Shown: piece by piece, positions 10,307 through 21,498 of the stretch
Numbering within the stretch: the first letter of the stretch is position 1
Layout of the letters: every line of letters begins with the position of its first letter
Source: an uncultured delta proteobacterium
GTDB taxonomy: Bacteria > Desulfobacterota > Desulfomonilia > Desulfomonilales > Desulfomonilaceae
Assembly (NCBI GenBank): GCA_963789265.1
Contig: CAWBKB010000001.1
Coordinates: 1,472,001 to 1,536,000, forward strand
Direction: 5' to 3'
DNA length: 64,000 bases
Notes under the pieces: model-generated
Databases searched by the model: none
Told to the model about the DNA's origin: nothing
Seen by the model: the letters and a program-made list of their open reading frames with translations, nothing else
Made by a program: the position numbers and the translations under genes

Positions 10307-11100
10307 TCTCTAGCTCCTTTAGAAAAGGCGCGCCACACGCTATGCGAGAGTGCATTTGCAAATACGAACACGGGCTCTTTGTGAACGGGGATCAACCGGA
10401 TGGAATTGCGGTCTGAAATCCTCTACACGGGGCCTATGTCCAGAATCCTAATCCTTGCATGACGCCCGTAGTCACTGCGAGGCCAACTGGAGAAACACAA
10501 GTTAAGGTTCAATACGGAGGCTAGGGGCTAAGGCTTTAGTTGTCAAGCGATTGTATTCGTAACCTGCAATTCATTTTTATTCTTGCATTATATCAAAGAC
10601 CCACGCCTGTTCCGTTCGGTAGAGCCCTCCAGTTGTGCAGGGATTGTAAGATCCTGACGTGCCCGTGGTCGCTGAAGGCCCTCCTGGGCTACTGGTCACA
10701 CCCAGGCACACATCGGGGTTAAAGCTCTGAGAACCATTCTCCGCGAGTTTCCACTTTCGGGCATATCGAGTATCCGGAAGTTCCGTCAGCGCGTCTATGG
10801 CGTTCTGGTTGCGCGAGAACGCAGGTCATAGCAAGATCTTCGCCGCATCCTTTCGGTTCCCCATCGGCAGATGGATCTGTTTCGAATCGGTAGCAAGACT
10901 GCAAATAGGCTACGCTACTGGAATATTTATAGGAGGAGCACGTGAAGCTCAAACAGAGCGAATTCTCTCAGAAAGGCACCCTAAGCGCCGCATAAGAAAA
11001 GAGTCAGCAAGCTGGAATACTCGATGTTATGGTTACAGCGACTTCAGATCCTAAAAGTGAGACCGATCCCAGCGTGATCCTTTTAGTTATGCTGCCGCCA

Positions 11101-11517
11101 CTACCCATCATCCACCTTTCCTCTCAGTGCTTTTACTCGTCCTCGTTTGGCTTTGCTTTCCAAACGCTTTTCCTGGGACCCTTGCGTTGGCTTCGTCTCG
11201 TGCCGTCGTTTACGGGAAACCATTACGCGCCTGATGAGATCTCGGAGCCTATCAAGTGCATCTTCTCTATTCTTCAGTTGGGTGCGATACCGTTGCGCCT
11301 TGATGATGACGACGCCTTCTTCCGAAATACGATGATCCTTTACCGTCAATAGCCTTTCTTTGTAAACATCGGGTAATGATGAAGCCTTGATATCAAACCG
11401 CAGATGAACGGCGGTAGAAACCTTGTTCACATTCTGGCCACCAGATCCTTGAGCACGTACAGCGTGAACGTCAATCTCTTCGCTTGGGATCGTTATTTCG
11501 TTTGGAATTTCCAGCAT
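11101..11517 (-). CDS. arfB: Alternative ribosome rescue peptidyl-tRNA hydrolase ArfB
   Basis: GSGGQNVNKVSTAV, RTQ..NREDAL and basic C-terminal tail. Confidence 0.93.
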   Translation of the reverse strand: MLEIPNEITIPSEEIDVHAVRAQGSGGQNVNKVSTAVHLRFDIKASSLPDVYKERLLTVKDHRISEEGVVIIKAQRYRTQLKNREDALDRLRDLIRRVMVSRKRRHETKPTQGSQEKRLESKAKRGRVKALRGKVDDG

Positions 11518-11563
11518 GAATCAAGCGACTTTGTGAGACAAGACAGCCTTAGTAAAATGCCAC

Positions 11564-12010
11564 TCATGATCCGAGGAGACATTTCTCTGAACTGTTGTGT
11601 CCGTCGTAATATCTCGCCTCTATGAGGTTGCCTTCTGGGTCCCGAAAATAGATTGACATCCCTTCACCATGAGCGCCCCATCGCTGAACAGGTCCCTCTG
11701 TTATCGGAACGGCGTTAGCCTTAAGTCTTTCCAGTAGGTTCTGCCAAGTCTCCTTACTCAACGCAATACAGAAGTGGTTCAAGTTTTCTCGGCCTTCCCC
11801 CGCCCGAGCGCTTTTCTCCCACATCGTTTTCGGGAACAGGTCGATGATTGTGTCCGCATTCAGGCGTACCGACGGGAAGGGTACCTTCCCGGCTCGATAT
11901 TCTTCCAGGCGCTCAGTCGGAAACTTAAGTACTGTCGAATAGAAAGCGATCATCTTCTCATCATCTTTCATGTTCAAAACAATGTGGTCCATAACGCATT
12001 GCATATTCAA
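11564..12010 (-). CDS. VOC/glyoxalase family protein
   Basis: DHIVLN, NHFCI and SIYFRDPEGNLIE motifs. Confidence 0.9.
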   Translation of the reverse strand: MNMQCVMDHIVLNMKDDEKMIAFYSTVLKFPTERLEEYRAGKVPFPSVRLNADTIIDLFPKTMWEKSARAGEGRENLNHFCIALSKETWQNLLERLKANAVPITEGPVQRWGAHGEGMSIYFRDPEGNLIEARYYDGHNSSEKCLLGS

Positions 12011-12076
12011 TCCCTCCCAAAAAAGTCACGAGGACTCCGAGATCTCAGGACTGAGACCTACCATGCCCCATTTCCG

Positions 12077-13736
12077 TCACTCAAATTCCACTTCCAAGGG
12101 CACCAAGGGAAACTCCACGGCATTTGTCATGATCTCTTCCATCAGAGTACGAGTCCGCTCAACTTCTTCTTTTGGTGCCTCAACCCAAACGGCATCGTGT
12201 ATGATCATGACAATACGGCATTTCATCTTCCGCCTTTGAAATATAGCTTGGAGGCTTACGAAGGCCAACGTCAGGACATCAGCTTCAGCCTGTTGCAGTA
12301 CCTGTGGCTTTCACCCGTCGTTGCTCGGACACGCCGAATTCCTGGTCAAATCGTCGTCTTCGCCCTACATAGGATTCGACATAACGGTCCTGGGGCTCTT
12401 TCTTCTTCAGATCAGCCATAATCCCATCCAAATACCTCTTAGCCACCGAATATTTAGACCAGAAGGCGTTAATATAACCTTGGGCCTTACGGGTACCCGT
12501 GTTCAGCTTCTGCCCGAGGCCCCAAGCGGTCATTTGGAAGAGTATGCCGAAATTCACCTCTTTGGCCAGGTCTCTTTTCACTTTGTCTGTTGCGCCCTGA
12601 ATACCGCACATCTCCGCGGTCAACCAATGTACGTCTTTACCTTCACGGAAAGCCTTTACCAGTTCAGGGTCTCTGGAAAAGTTCGCCAACAGGCGGAGCT
12701 GGATTTGTTTGTAGTCCGCCTTCAAAAAGACACAGCCCGGAGCGGGAATTAAGAGCGGCCTGCAGATCTCCTTGTTAACGTTTTGCACTGGCGGATCTGA
12801 TGCATAGACGCGACCCGTGCGAGACATGACCTTCCATTCAGGGTGCACCCGAGTGGCACCCGCTGCTTCCTCAAGAAATCGCAAATCTATAGACCTGTCC
12901 TGCCATTCCAATATCTGGGCTGCTATAGGATGTTTTGGGGCTAAGCGCTTCAAGTCTGCTCGTGTTACCACTTCCTTGTTACCGCCACGCCATATTTTCC
13001 GACCCCGGAGCAAATCATAAACATCCCGTTCGGACCATAGATTCATCTCTCTTCCGCCAGTGATCTCATCGGCCAATGCTTTACTTTTGTTGAGAGCATC
13101 CCGGTATGCCACTGCGGCGGCAGCGTGATCTACCCCGATCCCGTAACGGCTCATCTGCAAAAGCATTAGGGCGAGGGCCAACTGGATATAAAAATAATTG
13201 AATTTAAGATCCGGGTCGGCTTCGTGGATTAGTTCGAGCAGTTCATAAGCCAAATCGTATATCAGGTGTGCATCGTAAGCCAGCATACCGCGGATTGATT
13301 CAGGGTAGGGATTATCAGCAAGGACTTTGTGCCATAGCGGATAGTCTTCGGACAAGTATTCGTGTACCAAATGGCTCACAGAGTAATCTTTTTTATATCC
13401 CTCTGAATTCAGCAAGTAAGCCATTAGCTCCGTATCAAGGATAAGATCTGTACGAGTGTGCTCATCTCCGAGGCGCAAATCTCGCCATATACGGCTGATG
13501 CCGTGCACTGCTAACCGGCACCTTTGCGGCTCATACAAGAATTTCTTGATAAGCTGAAATTCTTCAAGACTGACATCTACACACGCATGTTGGACTGATA
13601 GGCCGTACAAGCCGATTATTACTCTATCGTGAAATATGAAAGGAGCTGTAACAGCCACAGGAGTTTCAAGCTGGACAAAATCATTGCTCTGGTTGAGATC
13701 TTCAAGGCTATGAAAGACTTTTAGCTGTATACCCAT
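12077..13736 (-). CDS. Stand-alone family A DNA polymerase (PolA-like), +1 frameshift at 12301-12302
   Basis: TGRV..SDPPVQN, motif A ADYKQIQLRLLA, motif B AKEVNFGILF; removing one G joins ATVLQQAEADVL and motif C IIHDA. Confidence 0.85.
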
Positions 13737-13883
13737 GAATACTCAACTTCTGTAATACTATAATACCGTAGAGCTACTAGTACTATTATTAATAAGGAGA
13801 GGGGGCAAGGTGCAGGGGGGATATAACATTATAAGGGTGGTACCGATTTCTACAATAAGCTGATATCATTAGTTAAAGACCTG

Positions 13884-14945
13884 TCACGTATATACTTGGA
13901 ACTTGGGCGAGGACCGCACCACCCAAATGCCGTCTCGTATGGCAAGCAAGCCCACTCCCTGAAGGTGCTTTCGATGAATTCCTATCTGCTTCGGAGTGAC
14001 TTGTAACTCACGGGCAATGGCCACATCGGTCAGATGGAGCTTCCATTCATTGCGGCGGGCAGCCTCTTCCTGCTTGACCAGCAGCCATAGATAGAGGCGC
14101 ACGGCTGCACTGTTGATTCGGCTCAGGATTCGGTCGTCAACGATCTGCGGCCAGAAATAAGCGAATTCGTCGGAAAAAGTGCGAGTGTGCTTCAGTTCAA
14201 CCCTTTCAGAGCCACTTATCAGTTCTTCCGCTTCCTTTATAAGCTGGGGCACGTGCTGACGGCGCATGTTGCTGTAACGCTGAATGAGATCGAGAAGCTT
14301 GGCCTTAGGAACTTCGTAACGGACTATTTTAGGCTTTTTCTCCACACCGTGTGCCTCGAATTTGCCGACCTTACCGAACTCTTCGGCCACGATGGTCATG
14401 GCGGAAGCTACTGAGCGGAATCCATGAAAGATCTGAATTAGGCTGTATATGTCCACAGGGCTGATGCGGTTGGGATTACGGCCGTTCAGCTTGCATCTCG
14501 TACGCTGGCACTCCGTGGAGTGGCAATCAAAGCCGACCTCCCCCTGTGAAGTAATGGCCATCTCAAGGGCTTCCGCATACCAAGTGTCAGGATCGCCTAC
14601 ACCCTGGATTTTGTATTTCTTCCTTATTTCTGCGGATAAGCGCAAAGGCTTTTGAAACTTCGGGACCAGGCAATCAAAAATCAGGGTGGGGCCGGAGAGA
14701 GTTCCATGCTCGGCATACCGTGTTCTTAAGAAGTCTCGGGTCAGTTCAAAAAAGCGCCAGTGTTTGATCGTCTGCGGGTCCCATGTTCCCTTTGCGCCAG
14801 GTTCCACAAAAGAGAGGTCCCCAATCTTTGGCGCGGGCTGCTCATCGGGTACAAAAACGTTATAGGTCTTCCCATACTCGTGCCATTGCTTGAGCAAGGC
14901 GTCTCTTTGATCGTTAGATTCTTTGGGATCTTCCTTTGAGTTCAT
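13884..14945 (-). CDS. Hypothetical replication-associated protein (CHC2-like Zn region plus C-terminal HTH)
   Basis: FDCHSTEC...DIYSLIQIFHGF.S...A..IVAEEFG; C-terminal AVRLYLWLL...DVAIARELQVT...L..VGLL. Confidence 0.55.
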   Translation of the reverse strand: MNSKEDPKESNDQRDALLKQWHEYGKTYNVFVPDEQPAPKIGDLSFVEPGAKGTWDPQTIKHWRFFELTRDFLRTRYAEHGTLSGPTLIFDCLVPKFQKPLRLSAEIRKKYKIQGVGDPDTWYAEALEMAITSQGEVGFDCHSTECQRTRCKLNGRNPNRISPVDIYSLIQIFHGFRSVASAMTIVAEEFGKVGKFEAHGVEKKPKIVRYEVPKAKLLDLIQRYSNMRRQHVPQLIKEAEELISGSERVELKHTRTFSDEFAYFWPQIVDDRILSRINSAAVRLYLWLLVKQEEAARRNEWKLHLTDVAIARELQVTPKQIGIHRKHLQGVGLLAIRDGIWVVRSSPKFQVYT

Positions 14946-15225
14946 TCCGGTGCTCGACACTTGAATAGTTGTCGCTCACTTTAGTACAAGCAAGGCATGC
15001 GGAGGAACCTTGTTTCCTGTGGGCGTAATTGGCCGCGAGATTCGTCCTATAAGGGGTCTAGAATGGATTCTGAGAGAAGTTAAAGATTGGGGTATGTCTT
15101 AGAGCATGGTCGTTTTTCGAACATTTGGAAGAGATACGGTTTGCGCGAGCTTTGGGAGCAGGTTTTCTGAATAGGCCACAGAACCTCGGATACCGGGCTT
15201 AGCTCACGTTCTACCGTGAAATGTC

Positions 15226-15573
15226 CTAGCAGTGCAGAGGCCGTACTGTCGAGCCTGAAAACGTGCCAAAACTTGTCTTTGGCACAGAGTAAGCTGGCCC
15301 GCCCCAATTGGCATCTCCGTTGGACTCATGCTTGCTCACGGAATTCACGAGCTTTTCTCTAACCGCCATAAGTAAGCCCTCTCCGGCGAGCAACCCTCGC
15401 GGGCTCTTCTCTGAGGTGAGCTGTTTGAAGTTCTGGGTGTAATAATTGGAAGGACCTAATAGGGTGAGAAGGGCACCGAACGCCAGTATTTGCCAGTTGA
15501 GGAAGGCTCGAAGATCAAACCCATTGTGCAGCATAGCCTCGGCAGCACTGATGAGCTTGTCGAGGGATTCCAT
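15226..15573 (-). CDS. Hypothetical protein
   Basis: GGAG RBS; 115 aa ORF. Confidence 0.6.
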   Translation of the reverse strand: MESLDKLISAAEAMLHNGFDLRAFLNWQILAFGALLTLLGPSNYYTQNFKQLTSEKSPRGLLAGEGLLMAVREKLVNSVSKHESNGDANWGGPAYSVPKTSFGTFSGSTVRPLHC

Positions 15574-16401
15574 TTCTCCGCCTCCTTTTCACAACTGTCA
15601 TGAAGTGACCGCGGTGCGGATAGAATGTTCCCTAGGGTCTAGGAAAATTATAAGGGTCTTACGGAGGAATGTGTGAAAAGTGACAAGTGTCTCCAGGGAG
15701 GCTTGCAGACCCTTCTCTTTAGTCTTACTGTCTTGCCGCCCAACAACGGCTTCTTGCGGCGGTTCTTGGAAGAGACGCAGAATATGCTCAAGGCAAGAGC
15801 AATGAGAATGAGTGGCCTCCTGAGAAGGATCAATGAATCAGGACAGGAAACCGAGGCTCTGCTCAGAATAGCTGCCGGCAGGATGGAAGCTGCCCAAGCA
15901 AAGCCTTGAGAAAGACCCGGTAGGATTCAACTCCGCAGGTCTTCTAAATGTTTTCATGCCCCCACGTCTCCCCAACCGATGAACTGTCCACCTCTGCAAG
16001 ACGGCTCTCATTACTAATTTTGAGTTATTCGCTCGGCAAAAGTTGAAAACTAAACAGAAGGACCTGCCAAAACGTAAGGCCATCGGCGAAAGTTTGCTTG
16101 ATCTCCCCTTCCAACTGGCACTTCCAGTTTTCCGGCCATGTCCGGCCCTCATTTATTGAGCTTGATCATTCCTCAGTCTCCGATGCCGGACTTTCATTGC
16201 CCCGAACCAATCCGAAGAGGTCCGTCTAAATAACGATAATGCTAGTTTTTGATCAGTAATTGAAAAAAGGGAGGCATTTTCAAATCAATTGACTATAATA
16301 ATAATTGTTCTTAAAGCGGCGGCGATTAATTATCACATGAGATGTGCCTTCCCGCAAAGATCATTCTCATCTGAGCATGAAGGTGGCGCCGGAGGCGACT
16401 A

Positions 16402-16749
16402 ATGACAATCGAAAAGGACGGCCGCAATGTGAATGCAAGGCAAGCCGTGACATTGATCCGCAGCTCGATGACTAACGTGGAACTGCTGCACAGGTTGAAG
16501 ATCAGCCCCAAAGGATTCAGCGATCTGTTGAGCCAGCTTTTCCAAAAGAAACTGATAGGAGAAGAAGATTTGAAACGCAGAGGCTTACGCTTCAAAATCC
16601 TGAAGAAAGAGCAAATCGCTGCCGTACCAATTAAGCCTTCACCGGCTTCGTGGGAAGACGACGAGTATGAATTTCCCGACACGGTTGTTTTGACCGACCT
16701 GCTCACCCCCCTGCATACCGATTCCCTGCCGCCAAAACTACGCCGCTGA
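16402..16749 (+). CDS. Hypothetical protein with the recurrent short helical (HTH-like) domain
   Basis: GGAGG RBS; domain shared with 41881-43092 and 43135-43311. Confidence 0.65.
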   Translation: MTIEKDGRNVNARQAVTLIRSSMTNVELLHRLKISPKGFSDLLSQLFQKKLIGEEDLKRRGLRFKILKKEQIAAVPIKPSPASWEDDEYEFPDTVVLTDLLTPLHTDSLPPKLRR

Positions 16750-17364
16750 TCGAGTACTTTCACGTACCTCGACTAATATTGCGAGTTCCTTTATCAGTGA
16801 ATCATATTCTACCTGGACTTTATCGGTGTAGCTCGAAGCAGATCTAATCACCCACATGCAACTCTATGAAAGGACGTCTCTTTCCGATAGTCAGATAACC
16901 AGAGCATTTGTCGAGTCGGAGAAAGCCATAGCGGAGCTGGATTAGATCACTTTCACGTTCCGGATGACGGGGAGCGTACTCAATTTAACTCTCCCGACGT
17001 CGGGAAAGTTCCGTCGGACGGGGTTTTCAGACGGGGCGAATTGAAAAAAATTAAGCCCTTCATTTTCAACAAGCGCCCCTTAATGGAGGATGAATCGTTT
17101 GTCTCTGGTCGTGCATCAAATACTCCAAGAGCCGAACGTTCGGAGGTGTGTACGATTAGGGGAGGTAAGTTCTCAATACCGTTCGTTTCTAATACATATG
17201 ATTCAGAAGATTTGAAGTTGAATGCTGCTTTGGCCTTAGGTTAAGGAGAATTCGATACTGCCCTGAATCATGGTAAAGATAAGAAATTTGTATAAAGACG
17301 CTGGAAGGACCAATGAGAACCAATGTAAGACGACAATCCTCTTCGATCATACTTCTCGGAGGAC

Positions 17365-18072
17365 ATGGAAATGAAAAACTTAAGCAAAGTAGGTATTGGC
17401 ACAATCCCCCTTCTATTACTTCTATTTGTGATTTCAGGAGTTGCTAGAAGTGAAGAGGTGCCTGCGATTCCAGCAGGTGCTAAGGCTTTCGTAGCCAAGG
17501 TTTCGGCAAATAGGAACTGTCTATTAGTACGTAGCCAGGCTGGCGAGTCTTCAAGAGTGGTCGGCTGTCTTCCGCGATGTAAGAAAGTAACACTGACAGG
17601 TAATTCAAACGATATATGGGTACAGATGTCTGCCCCCATATCTGGCTGGGTCAATGGGTTGTTCTTAGATCCTAATCCAAGAATATGTAATTTAGGGTCA
17701 TATGCCGGGGTAGCTCCATATGATGGCCCAGATCCCAGCCTGTATCCAGAGGACTATTTTGACTGGTGGAGTTCTCCTAGATGGGCTTGGTACTGGCCTT
17801 GGTGGTGGCATTACAGACACAATCGATACCATTTCTTCGCCCATCATCATCCTCGGAAACATCACGGTCACTACAAATATGTCCATGTTGGGCACCATCC
17901 GGCTCACCATGCTGTACGCCATCTTGAAAAACCTCACCAGGGGGGAAAACACGGTGGTAACAAATTCGCTAGACCTCACCATGGTGCCAAGAGATCCGCT
18001 GTGCATCACCATCGTGGTGGATTCCATAGAGCCGCTGGCCATGGTGGAAGACATGGTGAAAGACACCGATGA
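17365..18072 (+). CDS. Secreted SH3-like domain protein with Trp/Tyr segment and His-rich tail
   Basis: Signal peptide; CL.VRS....SRVVGCL..W....P.SGWV; His/Gly/Arg-rich C-terminus. Confidence 0.7.
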   Translation: MEMKNLSKVGIGTIPLLLLLFVISGVARSEEVPAIPAGAKAFVAKVSANRNCLLVRSQAGESSRVVGCLPRCKKVTLTGNSNDIWVQMSAPISGWVNGLFLDPNPRICNLGSYAGVAPYDGPDPSLYPEDYFDWWSSPRWAWYWPWWWHYRHNRYHFFAHHHPRKHHGHYKYVHVGHHPAHHAVRHLEKPHQGGKHGGNKFARPHHGAKRSAVHHHRGGFHRAAGHGGRHGERHR

Positions 18073-18455
18073 GCTAGTTTAATCAACCGAATCTGATGGG
18101 ATAGCATCTTCTGGGATTAAACGGCGCTTTAGGTTGGTCCTGAGCAGCCGACGATAGAGATGACCTGGTGGTGGATTCGTTCCTCGGATCTGGCACAATT
18201 GCGCTCGCTTGTCAAAGACTCAATCGAAGGATCGTCCGTCCCTTCTCGAAACGAGTATGAACGTGATGCATTCCCCGTCCTGTGATCCCGAAACAGTGAT
18301 AGACTATGCCCGTGGACATGACTTCCTCGCCTTCTCAGATTCGTTACAAAGCCAAGAAGGCAGGAAATCATGTCCTTTTTCACTTTTCAACTAAGGTACA
18401 CACTTACGCGAAGATCCGGAATTAAGAAACTACAATCATAGAAGAGTTAATCAAA

Positions 18456-18674
18456 ATGCACCAGAATTATAAGTGGTTGCATCAGAAACAATTGCTCTCT
18501 CAGTTGGAGAGATGGGGAAAAAATATTCAAGACCGCATCGAATGGCAACGTAAGAAAATTGACGAAGAACCGACGTCAGAGGAGGACGACAAATCCGTCA
18601 AGGAACCTCAATACCGAGAGCCTCTGGACTTGCTGAAAAGGAAATTACATAAAATGGCTAGATATGATTACTGA
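18456..18674 (+). CDS. Hypothetical protein
   Basis: 72 aa charged ORF just upstream of ncRNA candidate A. Confidence 0.45.
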   Translation: MHQNYKWLHQKQLLSQLERWGKNIQDRIEWQRKKIDEEPTSEEDDKSVKEPQYREPLDLLKRKLHKMARYDY

Positions 18675-18724
18675 CGTGATAAATTCAATCGTCTACGAAC
18701 CTCTTTGCTTGATAAAGGGCCTGA

Positions 18725-19010
18725 TCCCGACACCCGAAATGGTCTTTGCAACCGTTGCACAAAAGGGAGGCGATTCTGCCCAGGACAGAAATCACGGAAC
18801 CCTCAGGTTCAGGCAACCGGCAACGGTGAGTAAAAACGTGACCGGGTAATCACAACCCCCGGCCGGGACACCGTAAGGTGCATTGCCTCTTTTGGGTATC
18901 CCCCGGTAACCTTGAGAAAAAGAAGGCATCTCTCACGAAGCGTGAATCTCGGAAAGAGTCGTGAGAGGTAGCGTCTCCGGCGAAAGTCGGCGAGGTTATG
19001 AAGGATACCC
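18725..19010 (+). ncRNA. Candidate large structured ncRNA, copy A
   Basis: Homologous to 43314-43596 and 50488-50737; covarying stems and GNRA loops. Confidence 0.7.
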
Positions 19011-19042
19011 AAATTCCACAGACCCATTACCTGACCGTCAAT

Positions 19043-20155
19043 TTATTTCCTTATCTGCCCCGACGGTTCGTATGAATCCCCCGGACCGACCCCGTAGAAA
19101 AATACGACAAGTCGGTAGGGAGGCACGAAATCTCTCTTGTAAAACTCATAGACCGTGGGGCTGATTTTCTTGGGTTTGCCGGAAAAGCAAAGAGATATGA
19201 TCTCATCGGGGGTTTCTTTTTCGATCCGCAAGGTAAACGTTCCTATAGGCCCTTTCCAGTTCCGGCCGGTGCCCAGGATATACTCGACATTCTTCACGTT
19301 AAAATCCACTATCTCGGCACCTTTGGCAGCGAGGTCTTCGAGGTTCTTAGCTATTGCCTGCCTTGTTCGCTGGTCCAGACATGCCTCATGTCTACCGTGA
19401 TCAGCGAACCAGTGCGGTGTGGGTACCGGTACATGGCGATAAACTTTTTGATAGTCCTCAGATAAGTAGCCGAACTCCTTGTTATAGGCATTGCCGCCGT
19501 AAGTTCCGACGACTGGGTTGTAAGAAATCTCTACAACGGTTTCTTTTCCCGCAGGAAAGGTCTGCTCCTAAAATGCCGTTTCGGCGACCTCTAAGTCACT
19601 TATTTGCTTTCCCTTAGCCCAAATGAGATTGTATACAGCATTTTCTTGATCTTTCGTGAGATCAGCCTCATCAGCTTTACCAAAGATTTGTTTGTCGAAC
19701 AAACCGAGTTTCCTTAGCTGAGCCGTCACATCGTGATCAACAACTACGGCCTTGCGAACGACTCCTGGTGCTACCGAACGGCCATCTACCCAAACCTTAA
19801 AAGTTGCCATAATAAACGCAGAACCATCAGCATCCGGAAGCCAGGGACGGGGAGCTACAGGAAATGCGACCGTTGTTTTTATGTCTTTGAGAGATTCGTT
19901 TCGGAAGCGAAATTTAGCTCGTACTGCTTTTGTGGAAATCTCCAAAATCTCTTCGAGCAATCGGATGTCTGCACTCTTGGTGAAGGTGATTCCGCCTGCG
20001 CCAAGACGAGCGGTTGTTTCGTTGGAGAAAGCCTCAGTTGCCGATACCAATGTCGCTGTAACAATTATCAGTTCAGCGAGAAACACTCGAAAGAAAAGGT
20101 GCGTCACGTCGATAATTCTGGAGGTGTTCACAAAGGCCAAGCGATGATCTTTCAT
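19043..20155 (-). pseudogene. DUF4424-like secreted protein with in-frame TAG at 19568-19570
   Basis: GAGGITF..E.LEIS..FRF.N then *EQTFPAG...VEYILGTGRNWKGPIGTFTL in one continuous frame; TAG sits where W (TGG) is expected. Confidence 0.75.
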
Positions 20156-20319
20156 TTTTTTCCGTCACCTCGCAAAGGTATTATTGAGCGAAGTTTGGCG
20201 AAATATTGGAGAATTTGGAGTCATAATCGGCCGGGGCCTGGTCTATTTCAAGCCTACAAAGATGTCCAACCGGCAGGATATCTGGTCTTGACTTCCGAAG
20301 CTATTAGTAGGACCTGCCT

Positions 20320-21450
20320 CTACTGCTCATACTGCTTTCGGGACTTATCCCCCTTCCACTTTTCCGCAAATTCTCGCGTGATTCCTAAGTACTGGTCCCC
20401 GTACATTTCGCTACGTTCGATATAGGTGTTTTCCCACCACTCATTCCATGTACTGATGAAAATCCAGTCAGGATGGCTTTGGATCGCGGCCTCAAGAGTG
20501 GCACGATACGATGCTCCATTATCTCGATCTTTAGATTGTCCCTTTCGCCCTGGCAATCGGCTTTCGTCATAACCGGGTTGAGCAGTGGCCGCCCAAATCT
20601 TGGGCGTGGAGATGTCGGCCAAGAGTGGGTAATATAGCGTCGTTCGCCGAGCCCTACGGAAAACTTTTGCAGGATTTGGAATAGTGAACACACCGTACTC
20701 GTGCAAACCGTCAAACACATCGAGAGCCGCTATGTTCCGCCCCAATGCCAGATACACGGCATTTAGCCCTTTGTCACGGAGTTCCCCAAAAATATGTTTC
20801 CACATATCGAGCGGTACCTTCTGGGATGTCCAAATCACAATCAGCGGTTTCCCATCCACTTTCATGAAGGAGGGATGGTCGCGATAGGTGGAAATTACAT
20901 AAGCGAGCCACTGAAATATCTGGTCTTCGGTCCTTGGTTTTCCGTGCTTCAGAGTCTCAAAGTATATGCTAACAAGGAATTTCCTGTGCCTGGCGATTTG
21001 CAGCAGGATCTTCAGGTTCTTATCACTGTATGTCCCCGGCCCCCACCAAGATGAAATGAAACCATCAATACCGGCACTTTGAGCCTGCTCGACCTGGCGA
21101 GCTACGGATTCTGAGTTGGATGAAGAGTAGGGAGAGACCGGGTGATCTTTGAGCTTGGGATTTGACCAATCTCGAAGATGGTACCAAGGATAATAAAATG
21201 CCCAAAGCAGCTTTCGGTCAAGGACATGGCGAATTCGCTTTCGAAGCGGTTGGGTGTTCCTTAAGCCGGTAAGGTCAACAGAGACACTCAGAGAATTTCG
21301 ATATGGGTCTCCCGGTACAGAGCCATAATGATCGATTTCTCGAACAAACTGCGGTCCATTCGCGGAGACATCGTACACTTTCAAATTGCTCCGATTGGAG
21401 CTGCCTTTCCGCAAAATAAATTCGGAAGTATTCTCTTGACAAACCCACAA
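20320..21450 (-). CDS. Glycoside hydrolase, GH99/GH71-like; N-terminus probably truncated by IS1595
   Basis: AFYYPWY, AGIDGFISSWWG, PGYDES and STWNEWWENTYIE motifs; poor start codon adjacent to the IS. Confidence 0.75.
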   Translation of the reverse strand: MWVCQENTSEFILRKGSSNRSNLKVYDVSANGPQFVREIDHYGSVPGDPYRNSLSVSVDLTGLRNTQPLRKRIRHVLDRKLLWAFYYPWYHLRDWSNPKLKDHPVSPYSSSNSESVARQVEQAQSAGIDGFISSWWGPGTYSDKNLKILLQIARHRKFLVSIYFETLKHGKPRTEDQIFQWLAYVISTYRDHPSFMKVDGKPLIVIWTSQKVPLDMWKHIFGELRDKGLNAVYLALGRNIAALDVFDGLHEYGVFTIPNPAKVFRRARRTTLYYPLLADISTPKIWAATAQPGYDESRLPGRKGQSKDRDNGASYRATLEAAIQSHPDWIFISTWNEWWENTYIERSEMYGDQYLGITREFAEKWKGDKSRKQYEQ

Positions 21451-21498
21451 GAAACTATTATATTAGGGGGCATAGGGTGAATTAAAGGGGTTGCCAAG

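Noticed and set aside
16968..17060. GGGG...TAAG stretch and palindromes resembling a Tn3 inverted repeat
   Set aside because: Poor match, with no partner IR and no Tn3 transposase
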